Source: an uncultured Candidatus Saccharibacteria bacterium (GTDB taxonomy: Bacteria; Patescibacteriota; Dojkabacteria; SC72). From it: 64,000 bases of DNA. The DNA lies in the NCBI GenBank assembly GCA_964405015.1, contig CAYOME010000002.1, forward strand, positions 68,174 to 132,173. The letters are read 5' to 3'. A model generated the notes under the pieces. It did no database searches. It was not told where the DNA came from and saw nothing but the letters and a program-made list of their open reading frames with translations. Of the stretch, positions 57,763-64,000 are shown one piece after another; position 1 is the first letter of the stretch; each line of letters starts with the position of its first letter. A program made the position numbers and the translations under genes.

Positions 57763-58986
57763 CTATTCTAACATTCCTAATATCTCATCTCCTATTTCTT
57801 TGTTGAATCCAGAATATGCTTCTCCTCCTACAAATATAATAGGGTAGTAACCATATGTATCAGAAATTCCTTCACTTTTTGAAATACTACCCTTGTAGGC
57901 ATTAAGTTGAGTTCCAAAATCAGTATCTGTATTAAGATGTTCTTCATATTTAATGTTGTTCTTCTCAAAGAATTCTTCCATTTCTAAACACATTGGGCCA
58001 GTACCATTGTGGAAAACAACTACAGTGGTATCTGCTGTATTGGTAATACCGGAATCTCCCTCTATGAGGTCTTCTACCTTACAAGGGTTGGTAACATTCT
58101 CTTCTTCTTCATATGATATTGCAGGCCTAATCTTTTCTGGAGTATATGGAGCATTCTTGTTTACTGGTATCTGCCACATAGGCATCTCTTTATCTACAGT
58201 ACCGAAGGTATCAAGATCTACCCAATCTACTTCGTAGTTCTCCCACAATCTATGCCACATATCATTCCATCTTTCTTTGTAACCACCTATATATGTATGT
58301 GATACTGCCATGAACTTCTCGTTTTGTATGGCTCTCTTGTACTGTGTTTCCATATCTTCTGGTGAACCATTTCTTTCATAGAAGCTGTAATCACAGAAAC
58401 TGCCATATTTAAATTCTGGTACATCGATATTTGATACAGAAATGATTTTTACATCATATTCCTTTGGCTTGTATATTGTTGTGGCCAATTCTGTTGTACC
58501 TCTTGCTGTAATATATTCTATACCTAATTCTTGTGCTACTTTTACGGTATTTTCATCAGATGCCATATATCGTGAACTAATTACTCTTGGTGTTACTCCT
58601 AGATATGTTTGTGCATTTGTAATCATTTCTGAGATAATTTGGTATTGTTGATCATATGACATTCCCCAAAATGCTTCAGGATCATATGATGGAGCTAATT
58701 CTACAACTCCTGTCTTTAGTATTTCTTTCAATACATCTGAATGCTTCTCTATGAAGCTACCACTTACCATTAGTAAACCCTTTACATCTCTTTCTTTCAT
58801 ATCATTTACCATATTGACTAAACCATCAGTATTTTGAAATTCGATAAGGAGCATCATGGCTCGTGGAGTAGGGATCTCCTCTTGTACATCTCTACAGGCA
58901 TATTTGTTTACAATGAAATATTCTCCTGTAAGAAGGAGTAAAATACCTACTAATATGGAAAATATGATGAATGGTTTTTTATTCAT
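57763..58986 (-). CDS. Signal-anchored hypothetical protein (possible polysaccharide-deacetylase-like N-domain plus thioredoxin-fold-like C-domain)
   Basis: N-terminal TM. The C-terminal VVVFHNGTGPMCLEMEEFFEKNNIKYEE resembles a glutaredoxin-like fold with a single Cys. Weak. Confidence 0.3.
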   Translation of the reverse strand: MNKKPFIIFSILVGILLLLTGEYFIVNKYACRDVQEEIPTPRAMMLLIEFQNTDGLVNMVNDMKERDVKGLLMVSGSFIEKHSDVLKEILKTGVVELAPSYDPEAFWGMSYDQQYQIISEMITNAQTYLGVTPRVISSRYMASDENTVKVAQELGIEYITARGTTELATTIYKPKEYDVKIISVSNIDVPEFKYGSFCDYSFYERNGSPEDMETQYKRAIQNEKFMAVSHTYIGGYKERWNDMWHRLWENYEVDWVDLDTFGTVDKEMPMWQIPVNKNAPYTPEKIRPAISYEEEENVTNPCKVEDLIEGDSGITNTADTTVVVFHNGTGPMCLEMEEFFEKNNIKYEEHLNTDTDFGTQLNAYKGSISKSEGISDTYGYYPIIFVGGEAYSGFNKEIGDEILGMLE

Positions 58987-58987
58987 C

Positions 58988-59302
58988 TTAGAGGGTTAAT
59001 AATTTAAAAAGTTTTTTTAAAATTTCCTTTTTTGATTCTTCCAAATGGTATATGACATGTTGTCCATTCTTGATGCTAGATATATATCTCAAGTCTTGTA
59101 ATTTTTTAAGGTGGTGAGATATTAAGTTATGTTTTAATTCCAAATGTTTGACCATTTGGCAAACGCAGGTATCTTTTTTGAGTAGAAGATTTAGTATTTG
59201 AATACGGTTCGAAACTAATAGATTTCTAACTTCATTAATGTTTTCTTCCTTGATATATTTCAACATATATTGAAATATATCTTTTCTTAAAATATCAGTC
59301 AA
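58988..59302 (-). CDS. ArsR/SmtB-family transcriptional regulator
   Basis: CVCQMVKHLELKHNLISHHLKKLQDLRYIS (HTH with a Cys pair). Confidence 0.5.
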   Translation of the reverse strand: MTDILRKDIFQYMLKYIKEENINEVRNLLVSNRIQILNLLLKKDTCVCQMVKHLELKHNLISHHLKKLQDLRYISSIKNGQHVIYHLEESKKEILKKLFKLLTL

Positions 59303-59312
59303 TATTTAAACA

Positions 59313-59594
59313 CTATGACTCTCTTTTAGTTATTGATATTGCGTAACCGTTAACTAAAGCCTCTGTGATTTTTTGCATAACAAAAGTAAGATCTCTTTGA
59401 TATTGGCTTTGAGAGATACCCATCATTTGAGCTGCTTTTTCTTGATCAATATTTTCTATGTATCTTAATCTTAGTGTCTCTAACTCTTCATCTGTAATAT
59501 TTACTTCTTGAAGGTCTCTTAGGGGTATCCCTCTCGGCTTGAAGTAATTATTGCTAAATTGTATTCCTAGTCTTCTTCTGAATCTCGGTCTCAT
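59313..59594 (-). CDS. DUF134 (UPF0251) DNA-binding-like protein
   Basis: With start MRPRFRRRLGIQFSNNYFKPRGIPLRDLQEVNITDEELETLRLRYIENIDQEKAAQMMGISQSQYQRDL... this matches the M-RPRK-RR...FKP.G.P....V.LT.EE.EALRL.D...Q..AA..MGVS..T..R.L pattern. The track start at 59654 overlaps the upstream gene. Confidence 0.55.
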   Translation of the reverse strand: MRPRFRRRLGIQFSNNYFKPRGIPLRDLQEVNITDEELETLRLRYIENIDQEKAAQMMGISQSQYQRDLTFVMQKITEALVNGYAISITKRES

Positions 59595-59596
59595 AT

Positions 59597-59812
59597 TTAA
59601 CAATACTCTCCTTTTAGTTGTGTACCACATTTGGGGCATACTTTCTTTGTACAAGGTATTCCTCTTGTATGTGGTTCTGTATATCCACAGTTAGGACATT
59701 TACAGATTTGTGAACCACCTTGTCTTTTTCCTCTTGATCTAGGAAGAAAGCCTAATCTTCTTCCAGTCATTGGGCCTTGACCTAATGGTCCAGTATTGTC
59801 TAAGTTTGGCAT
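59597..59812 (-). CDS. DUF5320-like small protein (GTGP-x-G-x-GP-x-TGRG N-terminus + C-terminal zinc ribbon)
   Basis: MPNLDNTGPLGQGPMTGRRLGF...CKCPNCG...CPKCG. Confidence 0.5.
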   Translation of the reverse strand: MPNLDNTGPLGQGPMTGRRLGFLPRSRGKRQGGSQICKCPNCGYTEPHTRGIPCTKKVCPKCGTQLKGEYC

Positions 59813-59987
59813 AAGGATATAAATAAAAATTTATTAATGGGTATATACCCATAACTAAGTATATATCAGTTATTAATTTAATGTCAAGATCTATTAGTAG
59901 GTAGGATATGTTGGTGACTGATTCTTTAAAAATTATAATATGGAGATTTTAAGTGATGAAATATTTAGTTTCTGATATCATTCGTAT

Positions 59988-60557
59988 ATGTATGAAGCAA
60001 ATGAATTAACTATTAAAGAGAATGAAGTAGAAAAATACCTATCTTCAGGTTTACAGACTAATATATCCCCTGAAATACAAAAAATAGCTTCTGAGATTAA
60101 AGGGGCAGTTCTTGAAAAAGTACAAAAAATCCTTGAATTTGGTCCAACACTAGTAGAGGTAAGGGAATATGACAAGAATATTTTTAGAAAAAGAACAGGT
60201 GAGGAGATTATTAGGGAGAGATACATTACTGGATGTACAGACGCAGTATTAGCCTTTATCGTAATATCTAGAGCAAGTGGTATACCTACTAAATATGTAG
60301 AAACTATAGATGTTGGATGGCTTAAAAGCGGCGGAGATACAATAGATGGACATGTATATGCTCAGGTTTATGATTACTTACAAGATGAATGGGTATGGGT
60401 AGATCCAATGTTTGGGGAAATTGGTAAATCTCCAACAGAGAAGCAGAGGGTTGTATTTGGTGAAGGTCTTGATTCTTGGGATTTAGGAATTAAAGATGAG
60501 AATAGCCTAAGGAGTAAGTTCGAAGAATTTAGAAATCAGTTTAATTTGCAATTATAG
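59988..60557 (+). CDS. Transglutaminase-like cysteine-peptidase-fold protein
   Basis: Cys-His-Asp triad context ITGCTDAVLAF ... GHVYAQVYD ... WVWVDP. Confidence 0.5.
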   Translation: MYEANELTIKENEVEKYLSSGLQTNISPEIQKIASEIKGAVLEKVQKILEFGPTLVEVREYDKNIFRKRTGEEIIRERYITGCTDAVLAFIVISRASGIPTKYVETIDVGWLKSGGDTIDGHVYAQVYDYLQDEWVWVDPMFGEIGKSPTEKQRVVFGEGLDSWDLGIKDENSLRSKFEEFRNQFNLQL

Positions 60558-60758
60558 ATTCTCAAATATTACTGAATATTTGTATGTCTTTAGTTCCTCT
60601 CGTAATTCTTTTTTCTTTAGATAATTATCACTATCTACTAATTCATTTCTAACAAGATTGTCCGCAATATGAAGAACTGCACTAGAGGGAATATTGAAAT
60701 AATTTGATACAGCAAAGAATGTCTATGTTTCCATTTCTACACCTAAATATCCATCCAT
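60555..60758 (-). pseudogene. Remnant of a nucleoside phosphorylase (PNP/MTAP/MTA-nucleosidase family) C-terminus with an in-frame TAG
   Basis: Minus-strand translation MDGYLGVEMET*TFFAVSNYFNIPSSAVLHIADNLVRNELVDSD... matches the ...GVEMEAAA..FAV......P...I..ISD.V... C-terminal motif of the PNP_UDP_1 family. An AGGAGG sits upstream of the ATG, a stop falls where Ala is expected, and the N-terminal ~150 aa of the enzyme are missing. Confidence 0.5.
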
Positions 60759-60950
60759 AGTATCCAGCTATTCCTCCTATTATTAAATATTCTCAGATTG
60801 GAATATTCCTGAATAGATTGTTTAAAATAGGTGTTGAGAGAATATTATGAAAATGGAGGATATATGGATCTGGAACCAAAATGAAATAATAAAATAAAAG
60901 GGGAAGAGATATTCTTCCCCAGTTCTTTTCCATTTATTAAAATTTGTGAA

Positions 60951-61280
60951 TTACTTCACAACAACAGTCATGTTACCTAAATCATAAGATTTAAGATAGT
61001 CTCCTCCAAGATATTGGGTAAAAATATCGCGTAAATAATTAACTCCAGCTCCCCGAAGTTCTTGATCAGGTAATAATGCTGAATCAAATAACAAATCTAC
61101 AGCTATATCACTTCCTCCACCTGTTCTTACTTTAAGTTGAATAAATGCTGAGTTTTTATCAGCAATCTTTTTACAAGCTTCTACTAATTGAATTTTGGAT
61201 ATGTAATCCGTTGAGAATTTAATAGTTCCAGAATAATAATCTGGTTTTAAATTCTCCTCTAATATGTTTGGTTTTTTCAT
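60951..61280 (-). CDS. Hypothetical protein (109 aa)
   Basis: ORF only, downstream of the SUKH-like gene. Confidence 0.3.
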   Translation of the reverse strand: MKKPNILEENLKPDYYSGTIKFSTDYISKIQLVEACKKIADKNSAFIQLKVRTGGGSDIAVDLLFDSALLPDQELRGAGVNYLRDIFTQYLGGDYLKSYDLGNMTVVVK

Positions 61281-61331
61281 TGAATTAAAAAATAAAAATT
61301 AAAAGATAAAATGGAAAAGCTATATATTATA

Positions 61332-61745
61332 TCATTCTTTAATTATATCCTCGATCTCTTTCTTAATTTCATCAAATCGTTGTTTAAGAGTATTCTCATC
61401 ATTAGCAAAAATCTTTAATGATCCATCTTCATGATTATAAAGATAAACCTTTCCATCTTTGTTTGTATTCAAGGTTAAGCAATATAGATCTTCATTAGCT
61501 ATGATGACATGATTCTCTGGTAGATATTCCTTCCACTCTCTATTTTCCTTTACAACATCATCTTGAGTATGGAATATATCTTCTTTATCTAATACGGAAA
61601 AGAATCTATATCCTCCTATATAGAAACCATTTTTTTCTTTAAGATATTCTCGTATTAATGATGGATATTCAATATTTAAAATAGTTTCGGCATTTGTAAT
61701 AGACTGATCATTGGTAATTACTTTCTTTGGAAATTTAGTACCCAT
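61332..61745 (-). CDS. SMI1/KNR4 (SUKH-1) family protein, putative immunity protein
   Basis: ...YPSLIREYLKEKNGFYIGGYRFFSV... and ...IIANEDLYCLTLNTNKDGKVYLYNHEDGSLKIFANDENTLKQ, typical of the SUKH-1 fold pattern. Confidence 0.5.
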   Translation of the reverse strand: MGTKFPKKVITNDQSITNAETILNIEYPSLIREYLKEKNGFYIGGYRFFSVLDKEDIFHTQDDVVKENREWKEYLPENHVIIANEDLYCLTLNTNKDGKVYLYNHEDGSLKIFANDENTLKQRFDEIKKEIEDIIKE

Positions 61746-61874
61746 TTAAAATATATTACTTATTTTATATTGTAATTATACCAGTTTTAAATATTCAAAT
61801 ATAAATGGAAGGTCATGTTGAATATGGAAGGCCTGTGAGTCTGGTACCTATGTAAAATGGGAATTTGGGAGGAA

Positions 61875-62882
61875 CTATCTTAGAATATAGAAGCTATTTT
61901 TTGTACTACCCTGTTTCTCTAAATAACCCTTTGAAACAAGACCATCTAAAAGATTAAAAGCTTGTTGTCTAGAAATATTTAAATCTTTAGAAACATCCGA
62001 AGAAGTAATCTCTTTGTATTTCTTTATTAATTCCAATACATCGTTTTCTCTCTTTGTGGGTCTCATATCAAAAGAAATATTTATTAAACCTTCCTTTATC
62101 TTAGCTAATGCAGATTGTAAAGAATATTTAACACCATCTGTAAAATACTCTAACCATTCTGTTTTATCTCCGCTATCTGCAGAGTGTAAAGAGTCAGAGT
62201 ACTGAATCCTATCTATATCATAGTAGTCATCAAGTATGAAATACTTATTTATCTTGTATCCAAGCTTATCTAACAAAAGAGTTGTAGTTAATCTACAAGC
62301 TCTACCATTACCATCAACGAATGGATGGATATATACAAATTCATGATGATATATTCCTGCTTTAAGTATTGGTAGCTCTTGTGATGTATTTGTCCAATCC
62401 ATTAGTTCTTCTAGTAGTTTTGTTATTTCTTTCCTAGTATGTTTAGGTGGTTCATGTTTTATAACAATATTACCATCTTGGGCAGGATTACCAACTACAA
62501 CTTTTCTATTTCTAATCTCACCTCCTATTTGATTTTCCACTCCTTGCAAAAGCTGTTTGTGAATCTTTAGTAGGGTATCTATATCTAAGGTGTCATATTC
62601 TTTCCCTACCTGTTTTAGAATATCAAAATAGTTCTTTACTTCTTTTTCATCTCTATTCGCAGGTACTCTACCACCTAGTATTAAGTTAGTAACTTCTTCT
62701 TGAGATAGTGGGTTACCTTCAATACTGTTTGAAGAGAATGAAGATTTAACTAGATTGTGTTTTTCTAAGTTAAGAAGTAATTGCTTTGGAACTACTTGTG
62801 ATTCTAATTGACCGTAGAGTCTTTCAATAGAGGAAATATTTTCTAAGAGTTTTTTACTTAGTTTGTATTTTGTATTTACCAT
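61875..62882 (-). CDS. Fic-family protein (class II, N-terminal inhibitory motif), putative AMPylase
   Basis: Fic motif HPFVDGNGRACR (HPFx[DE]GNGR). N-terminal SSNSIEGN fits the [ST]xxxE[GN] inhibitory helix. C-terminal winged-helix-like segment. Confidence 0.75.
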   Translation of the reverse strand: MVNTKYKLSKKLLENISSIERLYGQLESQVVPKQLLLNLEKHNLVKSSFSSNSIEGNPLSQEEVTNLILGGRVPANRDEKEVKNYFDILKQVGKEYDTLDIDTLLKIHKQLLQGVENQIGGEIRNRKVVVGNPAQDGNIVIKHEPPKHTRKEITKLLEELMDWTNTSQELPILKAGIYHHEFVYIHPFVDGNGRACRLTTTLLLDKLGYKINKYFILDDYYDIDRIQYSDSLHSADSGDKTEWLEYFTDGVKYSLQSALAKIKEGLINISFDMRPTKRENDVLELIKKYKEITSSDVSKDLNISRQQAFNLLDGLVSKGYLEKQGSTKNSFYILR

Positions 62883-63077
62883 AACCTATTATTATATGGA
62901 TATGTAAAATAATTGTCAAGGTATTTGACAAGGTAATTGTAAAGATGGGAGGTTATTATCAACTTTCATACACGGGAGCTTACTTTTGGGACTTTTACTT
63001 TTTAAGGTCAAAATAACTCAATTCCCCATAAGGATTTTTAAGCATAAAAAACGAGTCTTGTTGGAACATGTTGAAAT

Positions 63078-63106
63078 TGGCGGGGTGGACGGGACTCGAA
63101 CGAGAC
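63078..63106 (-). other. tRNA 3'-end-like remnant (T-loop + acceptor 3' strand + CCA) at the composition boundary. Possible integration-site scar.
   Basis: The minus strand reads ...G-TTCGAGT-CCCGT-CCACCCC-G-CCA, a canonical T-loop, 7-nt acceptor strand, discriminator and CCA. No complementary 5' acceptor (GGGGTGG) or T-stem partner upstream, so it is not a complete tRNA. GC content rises from here to the window end. Confidence 0.3.
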
Positions 63107-63257
63107 AAGAATAAATGCAAGCAAGTAAAGGGTTTCTTGGTAACATGGTTCGAACATCGTTCCATAAGTGGAACGAATAATTGAAAAGAAATTCAAAGTA
63201 TTAATTTTAATAAAGCTTACTGATGAAAGATATCTTTTGGATAGGGGAAATCTCAAA

Positions 63258-63294
63258 GGGGAATGCCTGGTTTGGAAGCCATATGGCATCCCCC
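63258..63294 (-). terminator. Candidate intrinsic terminator after the 68-aa peptide gene
   Basis: GGGGAATGCC-(17 nt)-GGCATCCCCC, a 9-bp GC-rich stem with one mismatch. On the minus strand it is followed by TTTGAGATTT, 10 nt after the stop codon. Confidence 0.45.
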
Positions 63295-63303
63295 TTCTTG
63301 ATC

Positions 63304-63510
63304 TTATAACTGGTCGAAAGGTTCAACGATTTTCGCGTCGAGTAGCTCTTGTAGAAATTCATCGGTATCCACCTCTTCGGAGGAATTTGTTAAGTTCAGG
63401 AATCGGTTGTATTCCTCCTCTTGAAGACAGGTTATGCCTTCTGAACTTTCGATGACTCCACCAAACGCTTCTCCGCGATGCTTGACTCCTTGAACGATTT
63501 TAACTTTCAT
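63304..63510 (-). CDS. Small acidic protein (68 aa) translationally coupled to the radical-SAM/SPASM gene. Either a PqqD-like RRE/chaperone or a precursor peptide.
   Basis: The ATG sits 1 nt after the maturase TAA, with GAGGAG 4 nt upstream. Sequence MKVKIVQGVKHRGEAFGGVIESSEGITCLQEEEYNRFLNLTNSSEEVDTDEFLQELLDAKIVEPFDQL. The C-terminal DEFLQELLDAKIV resembles the PqqD-family helix. Confidence 0.5.
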   Translation of the reverse strand: MKVKIVQGVKHRGEAFGGVIESSEGITCLQEEEYNRFLNLTNSSEEVDTDEFLQELLDAKIVEPFDQL

Positions 63511-63511
63511 C

Positions 63512-64000
63512 TTACTCCTCCATTAATGGATCTAAACCGGTCTCTTTGCCAGTATAGCTCAAGGCTGATGCCCTGCATCCACCATGACAGTAAGAGACAA
63601 GCTCACAGCTTCGGCACGTCGTCGGAGTATTCCGAAACTCTCTAATCCTAATTAGCTCTGGAGCGTTCTGCCAGATTTGGAAAAGATTATCTCGGAGAAT
63701 GTTCCCCACGACGGTTGGTAGTTCCACGCACGGCCTGAGGTCTCCATTGGGAGATACTACAATCTGTGAGATAGCAGCATCGCAGGAGTTAGCAATCAGG
63801 ACCGGTCTTTCAGGGTCTTCTTCGGGTAATACACAATAAGGCATACCTCCTGTCATACCAACGTCAATAACGCTCGAGAGATCTTGGAGTTGTTCGTAAA
63901 CTCGATTCAGATCAACTCGATTACAGACGAGGTTGTTTCGGGAAGCTTCTCCACAGTAGGAGACAATCCCTACCGAGAAGTACTGCACGCCAAGTTCCGC
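63512..64000 (-). CDS. Radical-SAM enzyme, C-terminal SPASM/twitch domain (peptide-modifying maturase family), 5'-partial at the window edge
   Basis: GMPYCVLPEE...ANSCDAAISQIVVSPNGDLRPCVE...CRSCELVSYCHGGCRA (C-x2-C-x5-C-x3-C). The frame is open to the last base of the window. ~48% GC versus ~30% for the rest. Confidence 0.65.
   Translation of the reverse strand, partial: AELGVQYFSVGIVSYCGEASRNNLVCNRVDLNRVYEQLQDLSSVIDVGMTGGMPYCVLPEEDPERPVLIANSCDAAISQIVVSPNGDLRPCVELPTVVGNILRDNLFQIWQNAPELIRIREFRNTPTTCRSCELVSYCHGGCRASALSYTGKETGLDPLMEE

Noticed and set aside
63078-63180. Tried to fold this region as a complete tRNA on either strand, or as the 5' end of a tmRNA (GGGGTGGACGGGACTCGAACG resembles GGGG...GGATTCGACGGG).
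   Set aside because: Only the T-loop, acceptor 3' strand and CCA are canonical. No complementary 5' acceptor strand, D-arm or anticodon arm could be found within 100 nt. The tmRNA-like match has an extra base in the GGAUUCGAC box and no tRNA-like 3' end within 300-400 nt downstream. Kept only as a tRNA 3'-fragment, low confidence.
63168-63455. 95-aa plus-strand ORF and the 63038..63289 minus ORF in the track
   Set aside because: They overlap a terminator hairpin and the well-supported 68-aa peptide gene on the other strand. They have no RBS or coding signal and are probably spurious reading frames through GC-richer DNA.
1-64000. CRISPR arrays, rRNA genes, transposases/integrases, self-splicing introns
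   Set aside because: Scanned intergenic regions and repeat content by eye. The only tandem repeats are the Fn3 gene-internal units. The only dispersed repeats are the 4-copy 60-nt element and the 35-nt duplication. No transposase or integrase-like ORF was recognised.

Overview
This is a low-GC (~30% by eye) bacterial chromosomal segment that looks like a small-genome, Patescibacteria/CPR-like organism (inference only). It is dominated by cell-envelope glycan biosynthesis genes. One cluster carries an RmlA-like nucleotidyltransferase, RmlC, RmlD, GT4/GT1 glycosyltransferases and a Wzx-like flippase. A second cluster carries two GT4 genes and an initiating sugar-phosphotransferase. Housekeeping genes include secA, recO, trpS, ndk, a DEAD-box helicase, UDG family 4, a tRNA-Lys(CTT) and a bacterial Elp3 homolog. 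There are also two giant or large Fn3-rich surface proteins and many small hypothetical membrane or secreted proteins.

An XRE-HTH/ImmA pair sits inside the rml cluster. The final ~1 kb is GC-rich and carries a radical-SAM/SPASM tail, a translationally coupled 68-aa acidic peptide and a terminator. It abuts a tRNA 3'-end-like remnant, which suggests a horizontally acquired peptide-modification module.

Other notable signals:
- An orphan multi-TM histidine kinase whose 3' end is duplicated around an inserted small gene.
- A four-copy conserved ~60-nt intergenic element (palindrome TAGAC-N4-GTCTA, then GACCTGGGTA 46-47 nt later).
- A 2184-aa surface protein containing five near-identical ~350-bp tandem Fn3 repeats.
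- An accessory patch at 59.3-62.9 kb with DUF5320/DUF134/ArsR, a transglutaminase-like gene, a nucleoside-phosphorylase pseudogene remnant, a SUKH immunity-like gene and a class-II Fic protein.

No CRISPR array, rRNA, transposase or integrase was recognised.
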